Shown one piece after another: positions 7,977 through 16,558 of a stretch of DNA of 64,000 nucleotides; position 1 is the first letter of the stretch; each line of letters begins with the position of its first letter. Source of the DNA: Caulobacter sp. KR2-114 (lineage in GTDB: Bacteria > Pseudomonadota > Alphaproteobacteria > Caulobacterales > Caulobacteraceae); contig NZ_JBMSEC010000004.1 of the NCBI RefSeq assembly GCF_049446115.1, positions 66,954 through 130,953 of the forward strand, in the 5' to 3' direction. The notes under the pieces were generated by a model, which was not told the DNA's origin, did no database searches, and saw only the letters and a program-made list of their open reading frames with translations. The position numbers and the translations under genes were made by a program.

Positions 7977-9110
7977 TCAGTACGGGACGTCCGAGCGGCT
8001 GGCGCGCGACGGGGCGCCGGCGCCGGCGCCGGGGGTCTTGGGCTGGTGACGGCGGGCCGCCTTTTCCGCGGCCGCGGTGGCCGCAGCGCTGTCGCCTTCC
8101 TCGGGCGGCGCGGCCGTGGCGCCAGCGCCGGGCGCGGCGGCGCCAGGGGCGGCGGACGCTGCAGGGGCGGAGGACGCGGCCGGCGCAAGGGTCACGGTCG
8201 GGGTGGCGGCCGCGGCGCTGCTGGCCGGCGCGGCGGTACTGGCGGCGGCGGCCGACGAGCCGGACTTCGGGCCCAGCACGAACCATGCGGCGGCCGCGGC
8301 GGCGGCGACCACCACCACCAGGCCGATGATCAGCGGCAGGGGCGAGCCCTTCTTGCGCGCCGGCGCGGCGGCCGTGGGGGCCGGCGCAGGCTTTGGCGCG
8401 GGGGTCGGGATCGCCGCAGCCGGTTCAGGCGGGGACGCCACGGCCTCGACCGGCGGCGCAGGATCCGCTTCGGGCTCTCGCTCGTCCTCCACCGCCGGCG
8501 GCGCGGCGGGCCAGATGGCGACCGTTTCCGCCGGGGGCTCCGGGGGCGCCGCGGGCGCGACAGGTTCGGGCGCGACAGGTTCGGGGAGCGCCGCCTCAGG
8601 CGCTTGGACCTCGGGCGCGTGCGCCTCCGGCTCCGGCGCAGCCAGCTCAGGCGCTGCAGCGGGGGCCGCCACGCGGGCTGCGCCGGCCGCCTCGACCTCG
8701 CCGATCTCCTCCGGACCGAGCACGTTGGCGATCTGGGAGGCCAGGGCGTTCATCGCCAGCTCCCAGTCGGCGAAGAAGTCGATCCACTGCCGGGTGGCGA
8801 ACTCGTAGGCGAAGGCGTCGTTGGGCGCCACGTCCTCGATGCGCAGCGGCACCACGGTCAGCTTCTGCTGGCTGGCCAGGGCCAGTTCCTTGTTCATCTC
8901 CGCCGAATTGTTCGAGTTGGCGGTGAACACCAGCAGCATCAGCTTGGCCTTGCGGATCGCCCGCACGATGGCCACCTGGAAATTCTCCCCCGGGAGAATG
9001 TCCCGGCTGGAGATCCAGCACTTGAAGCCGCGTCCCTCCAGGGCCTGACAGAGCGTGTTCGCGACCTTGCGGTCCTGCGACGCGAAGCTGATGAAGATAC
9101 TGGCGCTCAT
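7977..9110 (-). CDS. TIR-domain protein with Pro/Glu/Ala-rich linker, single TM helix and Ala/Ser-rich C-terminal tail
   Basis: N-terminal IFISFASQDRKVANTLCQALEGRGFKCWISSRD…LMLLVFTANSNNSAEMNKELALA is a canonical TIR domain (FISxxxxD start, S-x6-EL catalytic-Glu motif). The linker carries PEAPA-type repeats. TM is PLPLIIGLVVVVAAAAAAAWFVLG. Confidence 0.8.
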   Translation of the reverse strand: MSASIFISFASQDRKVANTLCQALEGRGFKCWISSRDILPGENFQVAIVRAIRKAKLMLLVFTANSNNSAEMNKELALASQQKLTVVPLRIEDVAPNDAFAYEFATRQWIDFFADWELAMNALASQIANVLGPEEIGEVEAAGAARVAAPAAAPELAAPEPEAHAPEVQAPEAALPEPVAPEPVAPAAPPEPPAETVAIWPAAPPAVEDEREPEADPAPPVEAVASPPEPAAAIPTPAPKPAPAPTAAAPARKKGSPLPLIIGLVVVVAAAAAAAWFVLGPKSGSSAAAASTAAPASSAAAATPTVTLAPAASSAPAASAAPGAAAPGAGATAAPPEEGDSAAATAAAEKAARRHQPKTPGAGAGAPSRASRSDVPY

Positions 9111-9347
9111 GGAAAGTAGACGCGGCCCCGCCCGAAAACGGCGGCAGTTAAGCTAGAGCCGCGCGCGCGTTGCAAGTGCGAAGTGGTTTTGAGCGCATTT
9201 CGGCATTGGCGAAAACCGCGGCGTGTGCGTAATGGCGGAACAACGGTCGCCCGTCTGGGCAGCTGGCATCATCCACGTTTTACGGGCGGGACTTCTGCGG
9301 ATGGCGACCCTGGTTGCCCGTCGGCGGAAGCATCGAGGGAGTGGGAC

Positions 9348-10607
9348 ATGCGTAAGATGCGCATCGCGCCGGGCCGTGCGCGCCGGGCTATGACCTTGGT
9401 TGCGGGCCTGTTCGGCGCGCTGTCACTGACCGGCGCCGCGCAGGCGGCGGGCGACACCGTGCCGGACAGCACCTGGGCCGCCACCTGGGCCGCCAGCCCC
9501 GAGCCGCCGCGCAGCCCGCCGACGGTGCTCAACAACCAGACCATCCGCGAACTGGCACGCGTCAGCCTGGGCGGCGGGCGCTTCCGCGTGCGGCTGACCA
9601 ACGAATACGGCGCCAAGCCGGTGACCATCGCCTCGGCCCACATCGCCATCGCCACAGGCGTCGGCGCGCAGATCCAGACCCCGAGCGACCGGCAGCTGAC
9701 CTTCAACGGCAAGGCGGTGGTGACCATCCCGGCCTTCTCCAGCGTCGTCAGCGACTCCGTCGACGTGCCGGTGCCGAACCTCTCCACCCTGGCCGTCAGC
9801 CTCTACTTCCCCGGTCCCAGCGGCGACGCGACCAGTCACTTCTTCGGCCTGCAGACCGCCTATGTCGCCGCCGGCGCCCAGACCAGCGCGGCCGACCTGC
9901 CCGGCGCGGCGACCCTGACTGAGCGGCCGTTCGTCTCGGCCATCGAGGTGGGCGTGGCCAAGAAGACCAAGGTGATCGCCGCCATCGGCGATTCCATTAC
10001 CGACGGCTTCGGCTCGCAGATGGGCGCCAACCACCGCTGGCCCGACCACCTGGCGGAGCGGCTGGTGGCCCGCAAGGCGCCGACCTATTTCGCGGTGATC
10101 AACACGGCGATCAGCGGCAACCGGCTGCTGCACGACTTCATCGGCCCGAACGCGCTGTCGCGGCTGGATCGCGACGTGCTGGCCCAGTCCGGCGTGAGCC
10201 ATCTGATCGTGCTGGAGGGGGTCAACGACTTCGGCTTTCCCGGCGCGCGCAAGCTGCTCGACGAGGAGGTCACCGCCGACGACGTGATCATGGCCTACCG
10301 GCAGATCATCCTCCGCGCCCACGCCCACGGCATCAAGGTGATCGGCGCCACCCTGCCGCCCTTCGGGCCGATCCCGTCGCGACCGGGCTTCTACAGCGAG
10401 GCGTCGGCGGCCAAGCGGGTGGCGGTGAACGCCTGGATCCGCAGCGGACGCGCCTTCGACGGCGTGATCGACTTCGACGCCGTGCTGCGCGATCCCAAGG
10501 ACCCGACGCGGCTGAACCCGCTGTACGACAGCGGCGACCACCTCAACCCCAACGACGCCGGCTACAAGGCGATGGCCGACGCGATCGACCTGAAGCTGTT
10601 CGACTGA
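9348..10607 (+). CDS. Secreted SGNH/GDSL-family hydrolase
   Basis: Signal peptide. GDSL block IAAIGDSITDGFG. C-terminal DHLNPND (catalytic Asp/His block). Confidence 0.8.
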   Translation: MRKMRIAPGRARRAMTLVAGLFGALSLTGAAQAAGDTVPDSTWAATWAASPEPPRSPPTVLNNQTIRELARVSLGGGRFRVRLTNEYGAKPVTIASAHIAIATGVGAQIQTPSDRQLTFNGKAVVTIPAFSSVVSDSVDVPVPNLSTLAVSLYFPGPSGDATSHFFGLQTAYVAAGAQTSAADLPGAATLTERPFVSAIEVGVAKKTKVIAAIGDSITDGFGSQMGANHRWPDHLAERLVARKAPTYFAVINTAISGNRLLHDFIGPNALSRLDRDVLAQSGVSHLIVLEGVNDFGFPGARKLLDEEVTADDVIMAYRQIILRAHAHGIKVIGATLPPFGPIPSRPGFYSEASAAKRVAVNAWIRSGRAFDGVIDFDAVLRDPKDPTRLNPLYDSGDHLNPNDAGYKAMADAIDLKLFD

Positions 10608-10634
10608 GAGAGAGGGGCGACGACGGGGCGGTGG

Positions 10635-10790
10635 CCTTGCGCCCCCTCCGTCAGCCCGCTTCGCGGCCTGCCACCTCCCCCGCTACGCTGCGCTTCGCAA
10701 GGGAGGAGGGTGAACGCCGTCGATGATTCTTCTCCTCCCCTGCGCAGCCGAAGGCGAAGCGGGGGAGGGGGCGCAAGGGGGCGCGCGCAG
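10635..10790. repeat. Large palindromic element between convergent genes (probable bidirectional terminator/REP-like)
   Basis: gcgccccctccgtcagcccgcttcgc…gcgaagcgggggagggggcgc outer stem with an inner palindrome cctcccc…cgcttcgcaagggaggagg. It lies between the SGNH hydrolase stop (10607) and the thiolase stop (10799). Confidence 0.6.
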
Positions 10791-10798
10791 TCCCCGCC

Positions 10799-12336
10799 CT
10801 ACCCCACCGCCTTCAGCGACTTCACGTGCGCCCGTCCCTTGTCGTCGGGCTCGGTCGACACCCGCGCGCCCAGCGGATCGGCGGCGATCATCGCCTGCAC
10901 CAGGTCCGGATCGTCCACCGTGGCGGCGAAGCGCTCGCCCGCGGCGGTGTGGGCGACCACCACGCCCAGCGGGGCCGGGCCGGCGTAGTCGATGGTATAG
11001 GTGTCGACCACGCCCTCGGCCGGGCCGGGCGCGGCGAGCGGCGGCGCCGGCCAGGCGTCGACCTCGGCCTGCAGGGCCGTGCTGTCGAAGCCGGTCCAGG
11101 TCGACGGGCGCGTCGAATAGATCCCCACCGAGTACTTGGACAGGAAGCCGCCGTTGGCGCCGACGAAGCCCACCGCGCCGGGCCTGGCCCGCAGCGCGCG
11201 CACCATGCTGGCGATGGCGTGCATGGAATAGTTGTTGCCGGCGCCGCCGAAGAACGGCAACCCGCCGGTCACGGTCAACGGCCGCGGATCGTCCGCCGTC
11301 ATCCCCAGGCCGTCGCGCACGTTGAACACGGCGATCGGGAAGCAGCTGTAGAAATCGAACAGGTCGACGTCGGCGAGCGACAGGCCGGCGGTCTGCAACG
11401 CCCGTTTCGACGCCAGTACGGCGGCCGGGCTGGACGCCAGGTCCTGCCGCTCGATCGGCGGGCGCTCCTTAACGTCGGCCCCGCCGTGCACGTAGACCAG
11501 CCTGTCCTCCGGCACGCCCAGAGCGCGCGCCGTGTCGGCGGCGGCGATCAGCACCGCCGCGCCCTGGTTGGCCTGGTCGCGCGCCACCATGCGGCGGGGG
11601 AAGGGATCGGAGGTCAGCCGGTTCGGCCCGGTGACCGTGGCCAGGGCCTCGGCGTCGTAGACCTCGCGCGACATGGCGTGCGGATTGCCGGCGGCGACTT
11701 CGGTGAAGGGGGCGAACAGTCGGCCCATTTCCCGGGCATAGGCGTCGCGCGACAGGCCCAGCCGCGCGCGGCGGGCGTTCTCGAACAGGGCGTAGACGCT
11801 GATCGGCGTGCGCGCGCCGTGCCGCGCGAGTTCGGCGCTGTTGAGGCCGTCCACCGCGAAGCCGCGATCCTCCAGCTGGCCGCCGAGGGTCTCGGCCCAG
11901 TCGCGGGTCTGACCCTGGCTGGCGAGGTGGCGGACCGTGGAGATCGCTTCGGAGCCCACCAGCAGCACCATGTCCGCCTCGCCCCGGCCGATCGCCTGGG
12001 CGAACTCGTTGACCAGGTGCTGTGGCCCCTGCCCGCCCACCGGCTCCAGGATCGCCCGCGCCGGGTCGGTGCCGATGCGCCGGGCGACGGAGCGCGGGAA
12101 GTTGTCCGCCGCGCCGAACGGGGGCTTGGCGTTGGGGCCGGAGACCTCGAACTGGCGGATGGCGGCGATCACCTGGATGTGCGGGGCCAGCGGCTGGCTC
12201 GCGCCGGCGTCCTCGAGCGCCGCCTGGGCCGCGGCGGCGGCCAGCGCGGCGGGCGACAGGGCCTGATAGTCGGCCGCGTCGATGCGCTCGGACGCCTCGC
12301 CGACCCCGATGATCACCGGTCTCAGATCGCGCGCCA
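10799..12336 (-). CDS. Thiolase-like protein fused to C-terminal DUF35/OB-fold domain (SCP-x-type acetyl-CoA acetyltransferase family)
   Basis: N-terminal RPVIIGVGEAS thiolase-type start and a thiolase fold. C-terminal …GVVDTYTIDYAGPAPLGVVVAHTAAGERFAATVDD resembles the DUF35 OB-fold. The proposed start is TTG at 12336, preceded by AGGGAGG. The track ATG at 12523 would add an implausible 60-aa leader. Confidence 0.65.
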
Positions 12337-12588
12337 AAGCCGCCTCCCTCGTGCTGTCGTTCGACGTTTCGCCGCACCCTGACCAGAGGCGGCCGCGCGT
12401 GTCGAGACTGACGTGGCGAGAGGCGACGATGGCTGCGGCCGACGGGCCAGGCGCGATACAGCGGGTTGCCGGCCCGGGGAAATCGATATATCTAATCGCC
12501 GATATATCGAAATATTTCAACACCGCTACAATTGCGGGTAGGGACTGGTGACACGCTGGGCTGGCGGTTCACCGGCGCCGCGCGCAGT

Positions 12589-14580
12589 ATGGCGGCCATA
12601 CCGCATACGGATTTCAAGATGCCGGATTCCACAGGCGCGCAGGGAGGCGCGCCCCCGCGTGAGGACGCTCGTCCGCCTGGCGAGCACGAGCAGCCGCTGG
12701 CTGAAAAGCCTCAGATCGACGTCAAGGCGATGCCCCGGGTGCTGCAGCGGATCACGGCCATGGCCGTCCGCCAGGAGCCCGGCCGGGTCGCCATCGCGAT
12801 CGCCTGTTCCCTGGGCGCAGCGATCGCCGGCCTGACGCTGCCGAAGCTGTTCGGCCACGCCGTCGACCAGGCCCAGGTGCTGCTGAAGGCCGTCGAGCAC
12901 GCCCGCCTGGCGCACATGGGCGCCAGCGAGATCGCCGCCCTGATGGGCCGCTCCAAGCACGCGCTGTGGATCTCCGCCCTGCTGGTCATCGTCGCCAGCT
13001 CCGCACGGGGCCTCCTGACCGGCTACGGCGGCTACCAGGGCGAGTACGTCAGCCAGACGGTGGCCTACCGCCTGCGGCTGGACTTCTTCCAGCAGCTGCA
13101 GCGCCTGTCGTTCGGCTTCCACGACAAGATCCACTCCGGCGACCTGATCACCCGCGGCATGCTCGACCTGGAGGGCACGCGGATGTTCATCCAGAACGGC
13201 ATGATGCAGTTCCTGACGCTGCTGCTGCTGCTGGCGGTCGCCACGGTGCAGATGGTGCGGGCCGACGCCACCATGGCGCTGCTGGGGCTGGCCTTCGTGC
13301 CGGTGGCCGCGTGGATCCTGGCGCGCATGGGCTTCCTGCTGCGGGTCACCTGGATGCGGGTGCAGGAGCTGATGAGCATCCTCACCCTCACCATGGAGGA
13401 GAACCTGCAGGGCATCCGCGTGGTGCGCGCCTTCGCGGCCACGCAGTTCGAGCTCGGCAAGTTCGACAAGGCCGCCAGCGAGGCCCTGAACCAGTCGTAC
13501 AAGCGCATCGTGCTGCGCTTCCGCTCGGTCTCGGCCATGACGCTCAGCTTCAACGCCTCGATGGCCGCGCTGCTCTGGTACGGCGGGCACAAGGTGGCGG
13601 CGGGCCAGATGACCGCCGGCCGGCTGACCGAGTTCCTGACCTACATGACCCTGCTGCAGGCGCCGATCCGGCAGATCGCCATGATCGTCATGGCCGCCGC
13701 CCGCGCCACCACCTGCGGCGGCCGGCTGTTCGAGATCCTCGATCAGCCCCCCGCCATCGCCGACAAGCCCGGTGCGCCGCCCCTGAAACCCACCGCCGGC
13801 CTGCTGCGCTTCGAGCACGTCGACTTTAGCTACGATCCCGGCAAGCCGATCCTGCACGACATCAGCTTCGAGGTCGGCCTGGGCAAGACCCTGGGCATCG
13901 TCGGCCCGCCCGGCAGCGGCAAGTCGACCATCGCCAACCTGATCCCGCGCTTCTACGACGTCACCGCCGGGCGCATCACCCTGGACGGCCAGGACATCCG
14001 CGACGTCACCCTGCCGTCCTTACGCGAATACATCGGCCTGGTGCAGCAGGAGGCCTTCCTGTTCGACTCCTCGGTGACCAACAACGTCGCCTATGCCGAT
14101 CCCTGGGCCGACGAGGACCGCATCACCGGCGCGGCCCGCACCGCCCAGATCCACGACTATATCGCCAGCCTCGCCGGCGGCTACGAGACGCGGGTCGGCG
14201 AGCGGGGCGTGGCCCTGTCGGGCGGCCAGCGCCAGCGGATGTCGATCGCCCGCGGCGTGGTGCCCGGCCCGGGGGTGATGATCTTCGACGACTCCACCGC
14301 CGCCATCGACGCGGTGACGGAAAAGAAGGTGCGCGACGCCCTGGCCGAGGCCACCCGCGCCAAGGCCACCATCATCATCGCCCACCGCCTCTCGTCGCTG
14401 ATGCACGCCGACGAGATCATCGTGCTGGAGGCGGGCCGCATCGTCGAACGCGGCACGCACGCCGAGCTGTTGGCGATGGGCGGCGAGTACGCCGACCTCT
14501 ACCAGCTGCAGACCCGCAGCGAGCAGGGCCTGTCGATCGCCGACGCCAAGCTGAAGCGCAAGATCGAGGAGGCGGTCTGA
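12589..14580 (+). CDS. ABC transporter, fused permease/ATP-binding subunit (MsbA-like exporter half), partner 1
   Basis: Six TM region, then Walker A GPPGSGKST, signature LSGGQRQR and Walker B IMIFDDSTAA. Start is ambiguous (ATG at 12532, 12589 or 12619). Confidence 0.85.
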   Translation: MAAIPHTDFKMPDSTGAQGGAPPREDARPPGEHEQPLAEKPQIDVKAMPRVLQRITAMAVRQEPGRVAIAIACSLGAAIAGLTLPKLFGHAVDQAQVLLKAVEHARLAHMGASEIAALMGRSKHALWISALLVIVASSARGLLTGYGGYQGEYVSQTVAYRLRLDFFQQLQRLSFGFHDKIHSGDLITRGMLDLEGTRMFIQNGMMQFLTLLLLLAVATVQMVRADATMALLGLAFVPVAAWILARMGFLLRVTWMRVQELMSILTLTMEENLQGIRVVRAFAATQFELGKFDKAASEALNQSYKRIVLRFRSVSAMTLSFNASMAALLWYGGHKVAAGQMTAGRLTEFLTYMTLLQAPIRQIAMIVMAAARATTCGGRLFEILDQPPAIADKPGAPPLKPTAGLLRFEHVDFSYDPGKPILHDISFEVGLGKTLGIVGPPGSGKSTIANLIPRFYDVTAGRITLDGQDIRDVTLPSLREYIGLVQQEAFLFDSSVTNNVAYADPWADEDRITGAARTAQIHDYIASLAGGYETRVGERGVALSGGQRQRMSIARGVVPGPGVMIFDDSTAAIDAVTEKKVRDALAEATRAKATIIIAHRLSSLMHADEIIVLEAGRIVERGTHAELLAMGGEYADLYQLQTRSEQGLSIADAKLKRKIEEAV

Positions 14581-16460
14581 TGAGCGACATGGCTTTCGAC
14601 CGCGACCCCGGCGTCGCCACCGCGCCGCGCAAGCCCCGCGCCAACCTGGGCACGGCCGACGCCGAAGAGATCTTCATGTCGTTCGACACCAAGATCCTGC
14701 GCCGGTTCTTCGCCTTCCTGAAGCCGCACAGGGCCTTCCTCTACGCGGCCCAGGCGGCGGTGCTGTGCTCGGCCGGCAGCCAGCTGATGATCCCGTTCCT
14801 GATCGGACGGGCGGTGACCGCGGCGCAGGAACACGACCCGTCGCGCCTGGACCGCGTGGTGGCCATGTTCGTCGGCGTGGCGGTGTTCTACGCCTTCGCC
14901 TTCTTCACCGACCAGTGGATGAGCTCCCGCCTGGCCCAGGCGGTGATCTTCGACGTGCGCCGGGCGATGTTCGCCCACTTCCAGCAGGTCTCGCTGTCGT
15001 TCATGGACAAGACCCACGTCGGCCGGGTGATGAGCCGGCTGCAGGGCGACGTGAACGCGCTGCAGGAGTTCCTGGAGAGCTCCACCGGCGCGCTCGGCGA
15101 CTTCGCCGTGCTGATCGGCACGGTGATCTTCATGCTGGTGATGAACTGGAAGCTGGGCCTTTTGACCATGCTGGTGCTGCCGGCGCTGGTCGGCATCCGG
15201 GCCATCTGGCTGCCGTTCTCCAAGACCACCTTCCGCAACGCCCGCGACGCCTCGTCGATCGCCAACGGCGCCCTGGCCGAGAACATCAACGGCATCCGCA
15301 CGGTGCAGGAGACCCGGCGCGAGGCGATGAACTTCGAGCTCTACGAGGAGAAGGCGCGGGGCAACATGACCGCGCAGATCCAGTCCTCGGCCCTGACCCA
15401 GGTGATGGTGCCGACGGTCGACATTCTGACCGGCTTCGCCATGGCGGTGATCATCGTCGTCGGCGGCGGCGAGGTGCTGAACCAGGAGCTGCAGGTCGGC
15501 GCCATGGTCTCGTACGTCTTCTATGTGCAGCGGTTCTTTGACCCCGTGCGCATGCTGTCGATGCAATACACCATCATGCAGCGGGCGATGGCCGCCGGGC
15601 ACCGCATCTTCGAGGTGCTGGACGTGCCGGTGAGCATCGTCAACAAGCCCGATGCGGTGGTGCTGAAGGACGTCGAGCCCACCGTCGAACTGGACCACGT
15701 GACCTTCGGCTATTCGCCCGACCGTGTCGTGCTGCATGACGTCAGCCTGAAGGTGGCCCCCCGACAGGTGGTCGCCCTGGTCGGCCCGACGGGCTCGGGC
15801 AAGACCTCCATCATGTCGCTGGTGCGGCGGTTCTACGAGGTGGACCAGGGCCGCGTGCTGGTCGGGGGCCACGACGTGCGCGACGTGACCCTGGAGAGCC
15901 TTGGCCAGACGATCGGCATGGTGCTGCAGGAGCCGTTCCTGTTCACCGGCACCATCGAGGAGAACATCCGCTACAACACCGCCGGCGCCACGCACGAGGA
16001 CATCGTCGCCGCGGCCAAGGCGGTCTCGGCGCACGATTTCATCATGCGCCTGCCGGACGGATACCAGACCCAGCTTGGCCAGCGCGGGCGAAACATTTCG
16101 CTCGGACAGCGCCAATTGCTGTCGTTCGCCCGGGCCCTGGTGGCCAATCCGAAGATTCTGATCCTGGACGAGGCCACCGCCAACATCGACAGCTTCACCG
16201 AGCTGGAGATCCAGCGCGCGCTGAAGGTGCTGTTCGCCGGCCGCACCTGCCTGGTGATCGCCCACCGCCTGGCGACCGTGCGCGACGCCGACATGATCGT
16301 GGTGCTGCAGCAGGGCCACATAATAGAGCAGGGCCCGCACGACGCGCTGATCGCGCGTAACGGCCTCTATGCCAAGCTGTATTCATCCAGCCACGGGTCA
16401 TTTGATGATCTTCCTGGTGAAGGTGAACAGCGGGCTGACCGAGGTATCGTTGCTACATGA
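14580..16460 (+). CDS. ABC transporter, fused permease/ATP-binding subunit, partner 2 (heterodimeric exporter)
   Basis: Walker A GPTGSGKTS, signature LSLGQRQLLS, Walker B ILILDEATAN. Its start overlaps the stop of the upstream partner (TGATG). Confidence 0.85.
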   Translation: MSDMAFDRDPGVATAPRKPRANLGTADAEEIFMSFDTKILRRFFAFLKPHRAFLYAAQAAVLCSAGSQLMIPFLIGRAVTAAQEHDPSRLDRVVAMFVGVAVFYAFAFFTDQWMSSRLAQAVIFDVRRAMFAHFQQVSLSFMDKTHVGRVMSRLQGDVNALQEFLESSTGALGDFAVLIGTVIFMLVMNWKLGLLTMLVLPALVGIRAIWLPFSKTTFRNARDASSIANGALAENINGIRTVQETRREAMNFELYEEKARGNMTAQIQSSALTQVMVPTVDILTGFAMAVIIVVGGGEVLNQELQVGAMVSYVFYVQRFFDPVRMLSMQYTIMQRAMAAGHRIFEVLDVPVSIVNKPDAVVLKDVEPTVELDHVTFGYSPDRVVLHDVSLKVAPRQVVALVGPTGSGKTSIMSLVRRFYEVDQGRVLVGGHDVRDVTLESLGQTIGMVLQEPFLFTGTIEENIRYNTAGATHEDIVAAAKAVSAHDFIMRLPDGYQTQLGQRGRNISLGQRQLLSFARALVANPKILILDEATANIDSFTELEIQRALKVLFAGRTCLVIAHRLATVRDADMIVVLQQGHIIEQGPHDALIARNGLYAKLYSSSHGSFDDLPGEGEQRADRGIVAT

Positions 16461-16558
16461 ACTGTTAACCAGGGCGCATTTGTCGCGCTAAGCTGATCTT
16501 CACGGATTGCCCCTAGTTTGCCACAAAGTGGAATACCACTCTGCGGGGGCAGAACATC

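Noticed and set aside
6231-9119. 962-aa plus-strand ORF antisense to the TIR and RCK-RyR genes
   Set aside because: Extreme Gly/Arg composition and no domains. The minus-strand genes have clear TIR, Rossmann and RyR signatures.
9119-9347. Possible tRNA or sRNA in the 230-bp gap upstream of the SGNH hydrolase
   Set aside because: No cloverleaf-compatible segments and no T-loop (GTTCRANYC) consensus were found. This is probably just the leader or promoter region.
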